Shown piece by piece: positions 1 to 12,767 of a stretch of DNA of 64,000 nucleotides. Positions within the stretch are counted from its first letter, which is position 1; the number at the start of each line of letters is the position of its first letter. Both the position numbers and the translations under genes were made by a program. The notes under the pieces were generated by a model. That model did no database searches. It was not told the DNA's origin and was given only the letters and a program-made list of their open reading frames with translations. Source of the stretch: Phoronis australis. Lineage: Eukaryota; Animalia; Phoronida. The stretch is taken from NCBI GenBank assembly GCA_002633005.1, contig NMRA01000058.1:1081658-1145657 (forward strand). The letters run 5' to 3'.

Positions 1-2124
1 CCAATATACACGCAGTCATAGAAACCCTGAGCTGCAAGACCTTTCAAAGTAAGTTTCATGAGTACTTTGACCTGGTAATTTTATTCCGTCTTTTTCAACA
101 TTCAAACTTAAAAATTTAAGTTACACATTTCCAAGTAATCTGCTTACGAACCTGGTGAAAATTGTAAGAGTTTTAAATTGGTACCCCTAAATCGCCTTAT
201 TTTTTCTCAACTGTGAAGTTCCAATATACCCAGTAGTGTTGAGTGGGTGTAATGAAACCTGCTTAAATGTTTCATTTTATTGTAAAGTCCGGTAAGTGAC
301 GGCAATTCCTTCATATATTCAAACAAGTGGTGCTGTTCATGGCAAAACATGGTTTCACTGATGCTCATTTCTACTGATGTATCTTACTTTGGTAATTAAT
401 TGTGTTTTAATAAGTGTCTCGGCAAAACGTACGCCAGCAGAATTCTATAGTTTGACGAAGGCCGATGCGTTAGGTCAACGACAGTGAAATCAAAGTCAAC
501 ATGTATTACGTTAGGAAAACAGTATGCTAAAATGATTGGGAATATCAAATGTTCAGTCAATTATCCCTCTTGTTGTGTCTCTCAGTTGCTCAGCCCTTTA
601 TGCCATTCAGATTTTAGTTTTTTGAAAATTCAGGAAAAGACCATACTGCTCGAAAACGAGATAGAAATAGTCTTTCGGCTTCATTTTAGTTAAAAGCAGC
701 ATATGGTGAATTTAGTGAAGTTACTGTTACCATAAATATGGTGAAGTTACTGTTACCATAAACAGATCTTAATATACATCTGATTTCGTAATCCTAGTCT
801 ATATTGCACAAATCAAATCCTTAGAAATTTGATTTTCCAAAACCTTGGAAACACTCCAAAAATCAGGGACATGTTATGCATGCAAACACATTTTTATTTT
901 GTCTGACCGTTCATGAAGTTTTTTGGTCTGAACCCATTTACGGAACTTTTTGTCTAACACCATTTGGTTTCTGGTCACACGGCGGCAAATACACAGTCAA
1001 CATCCACCAAAGCAGCTGCTACAAGTGTGGTATTGAGGCCGTGATTGGCTACTGCTGTTGTTCACAGCTCCCTCTACTGCTCAACATATGTGACGTTTTA
1101 ATCCATAAGAACTTCATTTCTACCGAAAATGTGTAACCTGAAACGCGAGGAATTTTTAGCCATACAAGAGAAAGCAAACTGCAATGTGAAAGTACTCACG
1201 AAATGTTCTCAGGGCCCACTGACAACAACTGAAATTTGATGATCAGGAGCCCAGATTCTTCCTAAGAGTTCTCGCTGAGGAAAATTATCAAGTCTCACTG
1301 CCAACAGCTTTCAGAAATATGAAGTCAAGTTTTTGACTTGTCACTTCAAATTTCTCTCACTCGGTGTAATTTTCAGTCCTCTTTAGTTAAGTAGTTTGCA
1401 GGAAACGCGCAAATTAAAACAGGGGAACTATTTAAACTCTGAACTGAAACACTTTATTTAGTCATACAAAATAAAATAAATTGCCATGTGAAAGTACTCA
1501 CGAAACTTTGTAACGCCCAATTGTATAGCTAGACATTTTAGTGATGCTGACAAGTTCTGACGTGGTTCACTTTTTAGTATGAAATAATACGCGGGAAAAA
1601 GAGACTAGAAGAAATCGTTGATTCCGAAAAAAGCCAAAGGACGATTTGCTGAGAACTAAATCCCACTTAGTGAGTGTTTTAAGTTTACTTAATTGGTACA
1701 GTCACTTTAACTGATTTGAACGAATATCTGGCAGACAAGGGCGAGAATTGGCGACTTGAAACCAAATCACAAAACACAAAAGATTTCACTGTGTTACAGC
1801 TCTGGTCGAACCCTAGAACTTTAAAAGGTCAACCTCGCCCGATAATAATCAGAAGTGTGCGTTTTTCGGTCGTAAAAACGATAACGCCTATTTAAATGCT
1901 TATCATTTTATTTTTTTATTTTCGAATACGGTAGTGCCCAGTGACAGATAGTTTATCTTGAGCTGGATATCACTAGGAATGTTGTGCTTCAGTTTCGTAG
2001 CCGCCATGTCTTTCTCTGTCTTGTCGTTTCACTTATCGTCAACACAAATCATTGTCAACGGTGGAGACCCATTTAATATACATACGTAATACAACCGAGG
2101 AAAGCGCCCATGTTAGAATGCTAA

Positions 2125-2416
2125 TCATGGTACTGTTTGATGTTTAGTGGCATTTATACTTGGAGTATTCTGTAATTTTCTAGGTCTCTTTTTCACTGAT
2201 ATATTAACACGGCGGCGCCGATTACCACGACCTGGACGCGTTTTCCGCATGAGGAACTTGGTCCGAATTTCCCGTGTGGATGGCTGTTTTCCAACGTTCA
2301 CCATGATATGCGTGTACAGTTTGTGTTCGCTAACACTGACAACTTTGGTTGCGAGAGTACTTAAACCGTCTATCCTCGACCGATCTACTCTTCTCTGGTT
2401 ATTAAGCAACAGATAC
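2125..2416 (-). CDS. GT7 gene A last coding exon with basic C-terminal extension
   Basis: RYLLLNNQRRVDRSRIDGLSTL..HKLYTHIMVNVG matches the B4GALT C-terminus (DGLNSL..PLYTxIxVD). Acceptor taacAG, TGA at 2125-2127. The six exons sum to 1188 nt, in frame. Confidence 0.93.
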
Positions 2417-3924
2417 CTGTTAAAAGAGAACAAAAACTATACAGGGGAACACGCATAAACACACGCACCCGTGCACACATCTAACTTATAAAATCAGGGT
2501 AGTTGTAGGTGCCTGTAAGGGTTTCCCAAGAACACTTTGAAGGGAATGGATATTTCTTAGAATACAGTAATTATACAGGCACTACTTCAAATGCGTATAC
2601 ATAGGAATCATCTGGTCTCTAGAACGTTTATCAATAAAATATTGACAAACACTTAATTTGGACTTAGTAGCCTCAAAGTAACACCCTAAATATGCTATCA
2701 AAATATCGTTTTATCGAATATTAAACCTTGTTGAGGCTTTGAATCTCACATTTCACATTTCTCAACCACATGATTCAAGGTTTCAACAGCTCCATAAGAT
2801 GCACATGAGTCGTTACTAACTATTCGCATCTTTTTCAAAACGCTTTGTGTACAAATCTTTCTATGACTATAATAAAACTTGATAGTTCTAATATAAGGAG
2901 GTAACAAGAGATTGCGTGGAAGAACTCTCGCACTCGACGTAAATTATGATAAGAAGCGGGGTATTCCATTAGGCGGGTTCCACGAACGTCAACACCTATA
3001 CAACCTGAGAGGGGAGTGTAACAGTAAGGCAACTTAACTGGAAACGACTGATTTTACCCCCAAGTTCCGAGTTCCCATTAGGCAAATATATTGAAGATGA
3101 ATTGAATTAGCTTTTAGATGGAAAAGAATCATTTGTTGCTGATTGATTTTTAATGACATTATCCAGTCAATCACTTGGGTTTTTTACATTAAGATTAAAT
3201 GGTTCGTATTTTGACTTTCAATAACAATAACCGGGATGAGATTTATTAAATGACCTCTACTGTAGTAACGATATGCATAGTTCAAAAATGGCTGGTAGTG
3301 CAATATTACATAGCGGACGATGATAAAATTTATTTATGACAGGAATATTAGTGGGCTTCAGAAGTTGGATTTTTGCAGCACCTCTAGCTTTCTAGTGTCT
3401 TGTAATCTTTGAAGAGTTTTTGGTCTTTGGCAGCGTTGATTCATATATTCAGATGTACTTATCAGGCTAAGGAATGTGAATACATGGCCTTCTTGGAAAG
3501 CAGTGCTATCACTGAAGAGGTCACCCTCATTTTAAATGTAACAATAATTGAATAAATAAATAAATACTCGGAGAAGGTTGCTTTATTAAAAGTTGAGAGC
3601 CAAGCTTTATGAGATAACTGATGTAGGCAGAAGCTCAAGCCTGGATCCTCGGTGACCTGTCTACAAAAAAATGGCAACCTAGTTAACAAATCAGGTGCAT
3701 TCTTTGGACAGTCCCTCTGTATCTGTTCACATGGACCAGTCTCATGAACGTGTAAGCTGAGGAAAATCGCGCCTTATGCTGAAAACTATTCATTACGCTA
3801 AATAGCTGCTGACATTACCAAGCAAAACCCCAAGAGAGGCTTACAACTTCGGTATTGATATCGAGGTAGTTTGCAGGAATGTTGACGCTTGGCTTTTATA
3901 AACAATCTGAACAAGTGCGCCTTG

Positions 3925-4106
3925 GCTTGCGAACTGCTATACTGACAAGATCTAGCCTGCTTACGAAACGCGACACTAATAAGAATTAGGCTGCTTGCGA
4001 ACCGCGACACTGACGAGATCCAGCCTGCTTGCGAACCGCGACACCGAAAAGATCTAGTCTGCTTGCGAACCGCTACACTGATAAGATCTAGGCTGCTTGC
4101 AAACGG
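3925..4106. repeat. 34-bp minisatellite, about 5.3 copies, in gene A intron 5
   Basis: Consensus GCTTGCGAACCGCGACACTGAYAAGATCTAGSCT, units starting at 3925, 3959, 3993, 4027 and 4061. Confidence 0.9.
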
Positions 4107-5269
4107 TGCTGGGAAACAACACAACCAGCAGTTAGCGTGCTGTAAGACATTGCCAAATTCGTTACCGCATAAAAATCAGTTGAAAACGTCCTTTAAACTA
4201 AAAAGTCCACCACAGGCAGTGGTTGTCGTATAAAGACGAACTCAGCGTGGTCTCCCTGTTCAAGTACATGCACGAAAATCCTGTGTTCTTCCGCAGATGG
4301 AGGAGGTGTGGTATGGGTTGGTTATATTGGCCAAACCACACTGAAGAAATAAGAAGATAACGAAGAACGGATATGGTAACTTTTTAAATTGACGTGCTCA
4401 TCATTTCTACAACTTCAACCGCTGAGAAATATTTTGATTAGTACGGAATGAATGCCTGGTTGATAAGTCTGAGCTAGGAGCGATCTTGTTCGTGATGGAT
4501 TACGTGACTAATTACAGGGAGATGGATCAACCGCACCTTTCGAATTTCGCTCTCCTGAGCATCACAAGCTATGTTCGCTGGGAACTTTGCGAGACAGGTT
4601 AATAATTTCAATATCTATGTATGCAGGCTCATGAATCTGATTTACACTTATTCTAATCATGGTTTATTGTTAAGTTACCGACAGATGTTTACAAATAATA
4701 CCGTATTGCAGAAATACCTGGGTTGGGCCTTGTGCCATCAACGTGGGCTGCAGCCTGTATTTTCTCTTTATCTCAAATATTTTAGAGGGCCCTGGGAACT
4801 CAGAATGGAATCTTACAAAAGACCGCCCCACTTCAGAGAGCGCTGGGAGCTTAGTCGTGGGCTTTAGTTGGGAACAGAGAACACCGCATTTCATACAATG
4901 TGTGCGGGTTCCATCTTCTTGGAGATCAATTAATGTCGTACATCTTCAACAAAGTCAGTAGGCCTACTAATCACACTGCATTGTATATTCTCCGACAAGC
5001 GTTTTTGAAAAATTATGACTGTTCTGCTGGTTGATCAGTGCCAAAGTTGTGTGTTGACAGTATATGCCCAAAGGTGCAACGTCTAGTGCGGTAAAAAGTA
5101 TAGCAACTGTACCAAGCTTGCTTAGTGCTCCGCTTTCAACAGCCATCGCTTACGAGCCTTGTTCGTCAGTACATAGTTTTTCCCACAACGAGACCCACAG
5201 CGTGCCTCCACGTGGCATCACACGGAATGGTCAAGAACTCCCAAGCTGAACTATACGTGATAGGACGTT

Positions 5270-5757
5270 TCACTTGATCGACTTTACTTGAACTTAGGAA
5301 ACGGCTCCGTGAATTTCACTGAAACTTTCCACTTTTAATATTCTATCATCTATCTTTTAAACGACTGGTATTTGGGTATACCATAAGATAGACGAATACG
5401 ACAGCTATTTTTTACAAAAATACCTAACGTTTTGCGAGTTAATTGGGCATACAAACAAACTAATTTCCTAACAGTGCTTTTGAGGTAAATTGTGAAGTTT
5501 TCATTTCCAAATGGTTTTATTGAAATCGACCAAGGGTAATTTGGCTATAAATGTTCTTTTCTTGAAATGAAATTTTGACTTAAACAAAGTGTTTACGTTA
5601 TAATAATAATAATTATAGCATATAATTATCAAAATAATGATAATCTCTGACATTTTCTTTCAAAAAATGTATACTTGTACAAGTTGACATCGCTTGGTTT
5701 TTAAAATAATTCTTACTTACAATGAAGGTCACTAAAAATGGTTTGAGATAACTTTAA
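5270..5757. mobile_element. Right part of a TTAA-ended (Kolobok-like) non-autonomous element, same family as 17019-21753
   Basis: Ends GGTTTGAGATAACT|TTAA as at 21736-21753; 5278-5350 aligns by eye with 21238-21330. Confidence 0.6.
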
Positions 5758-6782
5758 ATCTCATTTTGTTAAACCACCTTTATCAAATCGGCTGTTATAG
5801 TTTATAGTGTTTTAAGCTTGTAACGGGGACTGCAAGTATTTCAGTGTTCACTGACGCAACTTATGTTGCAAAAGTTTAGACCCGACGGATCAGGCTCGAA
5901 TTGTCAAAAGCAAATTTGTTGCCTCGGTTTGGGCCGCGTTGCAGTAGTTGTGGCAATTTTTACCTGCACACAACCGCTCCCTGATCAACGATGATAACAA
6001 ATACGTCGTATAAGCGATCAATAACTCTCACACAGCTGACAGTTTCCTTCGAAACCACCTAAATGATGAAAGATGATTTTTGTGACCGGATCCGACAAAA
6101 AGTCGGAAATGGCTAGAAATACAATTTAATCAGTTTTCACCACAGAGACCTGAAGCCACCATATGTTTCTATATTAAGCTAAACTAAATCTTCTAACCAG
6201 AACCCGTGTTTTCACTGCATTTGGATTATAGTCACAAGTCTTGTCTACCAACTACTCAACGAAATAATTAAAAATTAACTCATTTAACTGGACTTAAAGC
6301 GGTCACTAACATGTGCTGTTTTATAAATAACCTCAGGTTGTTCATACTCTCTCCCTCCCTCCACCCTACCCCCTCCACCCCCCCCCNCCCCCCACTCTCT
6401 CTCCCTCTCTGTCTCTCTTGTCACAGGAAGACCCATGAAACCAATTACATGTAAATCAAAGGATTTTGTTCCATTCGGAGGCTAACTTTCGTCCAGCTAT
6501 CAACGAATGGCTTGCCGAGGACTCCTCCGTTATTTCGTTGGCGTTTATTTTTTTCGAAGGCATGGGTGGCCCTTTAACTCATTAGATAACAGGCAATCTT
6601 CTTATTTATATGTACAGTTTGGTCGACAATCGTATAAGCCTACGTATGACAATAGGACAATGTGTTGGAGAAAAACATTTTTGTTAGCTGGCCAGCAAAA
6701 CAGCTACATTATCATCCAACAAACCTGAAGTATATAAATTTCGAATTTGTTAAACTTAGCTTATGGATAACAAAAACTGTAC

Positions 6783-6890
6783 CTGAAACCCCATCCTTTC
6801 TCGAGTTTCTTCCTTGAGGTATGCTTCAACATGTTAAACTTTGCGATTTTTGTCGGAGGCCTGTCCACCCTCATACGGTGATGCTTAAGT
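6783..6890 (-). CDS. GT7 gene A exon 5 (metal-binding MxxH loop); not in the ORF track
   Basis: RLKHHRMRVDRPPTKIAKFNMLKHTSRKKLEKGWGFR; ctgtAG / GTACAG; 108 nt. Confidence 0.93.
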
Positions 6891-7712
6891 CTACAGTGAA
6901 GATCGAAGTTATTGTTTGCAATTTTTATTAATTCAAGTCCAACGGTACACCAATAAGGAGTTCTAAAAATCTTTGAGTCCTGTCACACCAAGGTAGTTCT
7001 CATCGCGATCTAAAAATTAACTTGAGATAAACCGAGTGCTAACCGACTAAACTTTGTGCAATTGCAGTGACGCATTGGGGCCATAAAACGTTCCCCACTG
7101 AGATGTTGAACGGCGGTAGAACGTTTTAGAAACGAGCTTGGGTTGACAGGGATCTTACGTACCGGAAAGAATGGGAGACCTTCTGGAAGCAACGGGACTG
7201 ATCACGTGGGACCGGTGGTTTCTATCGTCATCTGGCTGTACCAGACGGCGAGTAATTTTTGACCACAACTAATGCCCGTGCGAACGCAAATTAAGGTATG
7301 AAAATTTTAGTTTTCACCGACAAAAATCCAAGAAAATATCATCGAAATACCTTCATCATATTACGTTTAGTTGGTAACAATAAGCGCACTGTGTGACAAT
7401 AGACACGGATATTCATGGAACACGCTGTTCCCCCAATACCTTCATACTATAGCGCCAGGGTAAAACTGGCGAGGAGAATAGCCTGTACGACAGCAGACAG
7501 TGCTGCCGTCGGTGATTGTGAAGGGGATGCTTCTGATTTCTTGGGGTTACAATAGGTAGTGGTTACAATAATGATAACAATGGCGATGGCAATGATAAAA
7601 TTGATAATGAATATAATAACTACACCAGTAGTGATTGTATTTGTAGCTGTGAAAATAGAAATTGATAGATAGGGCTATCCATTGTTCACTTTGTTTTTCT
7701 TTCTTATAATAA

Positions 7713-7913
7713 AGATAATGGCAAGCATTTATCGGTGATGTGCCAAGGTACGATATCCATGCGACCTGTTTTGTTGTGTCTAACAAAGACGCAATGAAGG
7801 AAAACAATGGAAGTGTCTCGTAAGCGATAACCACGCGACTCGCTTACGCCCGTCGCATGGACCTCGCAAATTAAACAATACCTCGTGACCTCGATATGAC
7901 GTCATGTGGCATG
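7713..7913 (+). repeat. Interspersed repeat, copy 1 (copy 2 at 37394-37587)
   Basis: Shared AGATAATGGCAAGCATTTATCGGT...GGAAAACAATGGAAG...ATATGACGTCAT.TGGCATG. Confidence 0.8.
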
Positions 7914-7965
7914 GGTGCCGTTATTGTTGTATTGTGTGGCCCTAGCAATACTAATTTGATCTTAC

Positions 7966-8088
7966 CTAGACCACATATCGTCGTCTTCCGCTCCCCACCC
8001 CCAGAACAGATTAGAATAGCCGTTGACTTTTACTATATGAGCTGGCCTCATGTTGAGCACGCCGCCGATTAGAGAGTCATAAAAGACA
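7966..8088 (-). CDS. GT7 gene A exon 4 (WGWGxEDDD catalytic motif); not in the ORF track
   Basis: Manual translation SVFYDSLIGGVLNMRPAHIVKVNGYSNLFWGWGAEDDDMWSR; ccacAG / GTAAGA; 123 nt. Confidence 0.96.
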
Positions 8089-8614
8089 CTGTGGAAAAAT
8101 ACAAATAAAATGCAGTCAATATAGATATTCAAAATTTCAAATTTTTACCTTTAGAAATGTACGGTTTGTTTAAAAACTGTTGCCAATTTCAAGTCTCTGC
8201 GGCTGAATGAAAAACATTATTCTACATGTAACGCCTTGGGTTGTGACAGCACCAAACCGTCAGACTCTAATTCAGGCTTTTAGGATGGGACGAGCTGTTA
8301 GTGACGAAACGCGGTTTCATTTATTCACGGACATTAAGACGCTTGGCATGTTTGTGTGAATAGCTTGAATACCCCACAGGACAACGCTGTCAATGATAGT
8401 CGCAAAGAATTTATCAAAAAACTAAGAAATGGCACGGCCTTTAATCCCATAAAACATTTGCCACGGGGTGTTCAATGTCTCTCGTCACATTGGGATACAT
8501 GCATTTTTAAGAGTATCCTTCATGTGGTTCCAAGGATTTCCCAAAGTGCAACCAGGTGTACTCTTTCGTAAACGCCCAATTTCCGGAAGAGATTTTGCAT
8601 CCTCAAAAATCTCC

Positions 8615-8672
8615 TAGAAACACCTGCGCGTCTTGGTGTAGAACACCTGCGCGTCTTGGTGTAGAACACCTG
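8615..8672. repeat. 23-bp tandem repeat, about 2.5 copies
   Basis: TAGAACACCTGCGCGTCTTGGTG repeated. Confidence 0.85.
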
Positions 8673-9885
8673 TCGCATGCACGAATGACGGATGTCAAAA
8701 ACAAATCTCGAAGGAAACCACACCTTTATTTCCACGTCTGGGCGAGATTTCCTTGAAAAATAAAACGATCCTGTAATCAGGAAACGTTCGAGGAAGATTT
8801 TGGGGCACGTAACATATTTATGTGACAAACGGATTAATTTCATAGTTAAATGAGTTGACAATTGATAATGAAAAAATATGACGTCCAGTTTTCATGAATG
8901 AAGCCACACATCGCAACGAGGTGATGATGAAGAAACAACGAGGGTAGAAACCAACTCTTACCATGAGCGCCTACCCTTATCACACGCCGCAAAAAGACTT
9001 ACTTCGGCCTCTTGAACTAATAAGTGTTTCAATCCACTTAAATAAACATTATGGAACGACGGAGAGACGAGACGCTATAGTTGCACATTTGGTGAACTCA
9101 ACTCGGTTCACAGTGCACATAATGGCTTGTATGAGCCTCTGGTCACATGAGTGCGCTGCGAAGAAATATATAGAGAAGTGGGGGAAACGGTACACATGAT
9201 TTAGGACGCATCTACAGTTGTGTACATTACTCTCTGGTCAAATCCGGACCAGGACGTTCTTTATGTTTTGCGATCATACTGTCGAGACATTTGACAATGG
9301 CGTTTGCTAAAACCTGTCTCTAAGTGAGACAAGGCATTTCATCGCACCGTGAACCACTGAAAAGCACACTTTAGTATGCGCATATTATTATTTTCTAGTT
9401 ACAAATGGACGTCTGCCCGGTTTTGCCTAAACTAACGACTTGTTTAAAATTCTTCAACTCCCAGGCATTGCAAGCAGGATGACTAGCTCACATCATGCAA
9501 GCACAATAGATGATTACTCTGCTGACACTTGTTTTCTTTCCCGACGTTATACCTAGTGCATCAATCCACATCTAAATAACACCATTTCTTGAATGGAAAC
9601 AGTACGCTTGCATCCCCACACAGAAAAAAATAAATTCGGCTAAACTTGTTTCCAGGTTTTTTTAAATTAAGTAAAAATCATCTCTGACTTCGATGTCGTG
9701 TGCGTAACAAGCGCCAATGTTGCCTTTGTCTGGAAAAACTTGTCAGGTTTTACCCAGTATGCGGGTTTCCCCGTTTCCCCCTCTCCATAGTGCAGTTATC
9801 TTAAATCATAATACTCTAAATTTATAATCCCTCGTATTTGGCGATTTTTACGATGGGTGTAAATTTAAGTATTGAAGGAACGTAC

Positions 9886-10073
9886 CTATAGTTGAAAACA
9901 TCAATTGCCGCCGACAGATGGCGTGGGTTTTGTGAACATTCGTAGCTATTCCTGTCGTCAATGGGAATTAAATCTACGTCATGGAAGGAAGCGCAGTCCA
10001 TTTTAAAAGTGCTATTAGCATACATGAAACCAGTGTTGTACAATGCACCTTTATTAAAGTAGTCTGTGCCAAC
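9886..10073 (-). CDS. GT7 gene A exon 3 (DxD motif)
   Basis: VGTDYFNKGALYNTGFMYANSTFKMDCASFHDVDLIPIDDRNSYECSQNPRHLSAAIDVFNY; ttacAG / GTACGT; 188 nt. Confidence 0.96.
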
Positions 10074-10653
10074 CTGTAAGAACAAATTATCCACTTTTCA
10101 AAACTCGCATTTAGAACGCGTTCTCGCGAATATGGCACCATTATATTGAGACCAGTGTAAAGTCTAGAGTAAACGCGCGATGGGCACTCAACTATGCTCA
10201 GCTCTTTTTTATATTTCTTTGAACACTGGTTAATCTTTCTGCTACATGCACTTTGTCTTCATTACTGTGTCAGATTTTAGCTTCGGTATTTATTTATCGA
10301 GAATAAACTTCATGTTGAATTACCACTGTTATTAATATAACCTATTCATGCAACGTCCAATCCCTAATAAAAGAACTGAGCCTCTATATTTATTGAAATA
10401 AGTGACCAGTGATATTTCAGCTGCAGCCGTATGAGACAGTGTCATGAGTGAGTAGAAGTTCATATTGAAAAAAGAACATCAGTGATCAAACAAAGTGCAC
10501 ACAAGTACAGAAGATAGAGAATGCGGGGAGCGCCAATTTGGGAATGTCTCATGCAACCGGCTACTGATGCCCGATTCCAGTCACTCAGAAAAACGAGACT
10601 TTTGATTGCTTATAAACACAACAACAGTTATACTTTGAAAGCATGCATTTTCC

Positions 10654-11653
10654 TATACACCTTATTCACACAGTCGCCATTTTAAAAGTGAGCCTCTTTT
10701 TAGGTGTTAAAAACAATCCATTCTGCGCTTAATCACAATGCAAAGCGTGATTTTTTGGCGTGCCTCGTTATACCGTCGGATGTCCTAAAGTCGTGAGTGC
10801 CCTAAAGTCGTGAACGACCTTACTTCCGCTTCTACGGTGCTGTCCCGCGACATCTAGCGTTGAAGTTTGCAGCGTTCGTCTGCTTACGAACGTTAAACGA
10901 ATACCCAGACGTGTTGATATTCACAATATGAAAATAAACAGTGAGTGGGTGACCTCTTTTTGCAAATGTATCTTAGAACAGCATATTTCACTAATCCAAT
11001 TTTTTGTGCGTTTTCAGAATATATTTTCGAAACTAAGCATCGTTCAGATTTGTTGTAACAAGCGCTCCAGGGGTGGCTTGAACAATGTATCAAAACATCC
11101 CAGCGTTGATCAAGTTTTGTAAGGCCAAAGCAATAAAATACAGAGAGATATTTGATGCTGGGTTCTTAGCGTTTTATGTAAACAACCTCATTGAAAACGT
11201 CTGTGCCCATCTAAGTTGGGTGCAAAACACCTAACAATTTATTTCATTGAAAATGAATTACTAAACAATGCAATGCGTTTTATGTCGTCTGAAGTAACTG
11301 TAAGCACTGTAGTTGATTTGTGTGGTCTTACTTCGTGCATTTCCGTCTAAACGAAACGGTCACGACTTTAGGGCCTCATTCAAAATGGCTGGCGATATAA
11401 GCGACCGTTTCAAAAGTCTGCTTACGGAGACAAACAAGGGTTATGATTGGCAGAACACGTATATTTGTGAAGGCTGATGTCCATGACATCACATGAGCAG
11501 TTGCTAACGGACATTGGGTAGTATGACAATCAGCTACTTTTTATGCTTGATTCACGACTTTAGGTCACCGGTCTCTCTTTATATCTCAAATACATTGTTT
11601 TTAAACCTAAAAAGAGGCACACTAATAAAATGGCGACTGCGTTAAGGTATATA
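10654..11653. mobile_element. MITE with about 60-bp TIRs in gene A intron 2
   Basis: Left ..ACCTTATTCACACAGTCGCCATTTTAAAAGTGAGCCTCTTTTTAGG; right CCTAAAAAGAGGCACACTAATAAAATGGCGACTGCGTTAAGGT. Internal CCTAAAGTCGTGA x2 is mirrored by TCACGACTTTAGG x2. Confidence 0.85.
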
Positions 11654-12767
11654 TCTGATGATGCCAGCCCCTACTCAATTTTCAATAGATGTCGCACATT
11701 TTGTGTTTCTCTCGGAACCTCAGGCGCAGGATGATCTCAACCAAGTCGAACTCGAGCTTCGAATTATTTCTGACTATTTCTGTTTTGTTTTTTGAACGAC
11801 CTCAAGGAAAGTGTCTAGAATTGCGTTCTCAGGTACCTTATGGTTTGCACACATACACTGTCAATACAAAATGTTGTTCGCCCTACGGTATTGATGAGTC
11901 CCGTGTTAGTTCGAGTTTTGACTCGAGAGTGTCCGCGTATCTCGAAACTGAGATCTTCAATCGTGGACTCGGACTACAACCAAACACACTTTTATTTAGT
12001 TCGCACAACAGTGGATCAGAAAATCAATTGGAAGGTCGACTTCAGGTTCAGACATTAGACCAAGGACCTAGGACGTGAGTTCAGGAGCGGGGGAAAACTT
12101 GTTGAACTGGAATTTGAGATTCAACTTATTTTTAGCGTTTCCTGTTCTTCAGTGCGAACTCGTCATGGATCTTGATTGTTTGGTAGATTATATTGCGGAT
12201 TATACAGTTTGCACTTATAACCCAGTTACACCTTCTATTTCAAACTCAAAATTTCGAACTCAGACAAGAAGTAAGGCTTATAGGTTTAAAGCTGGAGTCA
12301 TCAAGTGTGAACTAAGAATGGGAAATTGTCCACCTAAACCATGAACTACCCAAACACCAGAGGCGAACAGATGTATGTAAACTATATTAAGCAAAATCAC
12401 GTAACAAATAAAGAAAATAAGAACAAAACCAAGCCATTACAAATTTAAACTAATTACAAACCCTCCTACAAATTTTAAGATTCAGCTCATTTTTATTGTT
12501 TTATGACACTCTATAAAAGACACAGTGGTTATTTATAGAAAGGGTATTGAAACCGGTTACCTAGCCGTCGATCCGCAACAGCTGTGCCTGACTTAAATGA
12601 AGTGCTAATTAAGTCCGGCATTATGCAAAATTCTGTCTTGCTTTTAACGTCCTTACCAGGTACTGCAGACAGGTTATTTTCAATGTTTTCAGCTATGTTT
12701 CCATGGTTAATTAATTTAATGACGGACACATCGAAAATATATACAAATTAATTCTACTTCTACTTAT

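Noticed and set aside
885-1137. Alternative terminal exon for gene A (tttcAG acceptor at 1138-1139, AATAAA near 895 on the minus strand)
   Set aside because: In phase it adds only RLHIFGRNEVLMD* with no GT7 similarity; unsupported without RNA data.
3925-4106. CRISPR-like array
   Set aside because: Units are contiguous with no unique spacers; it is a plain minisatellite.
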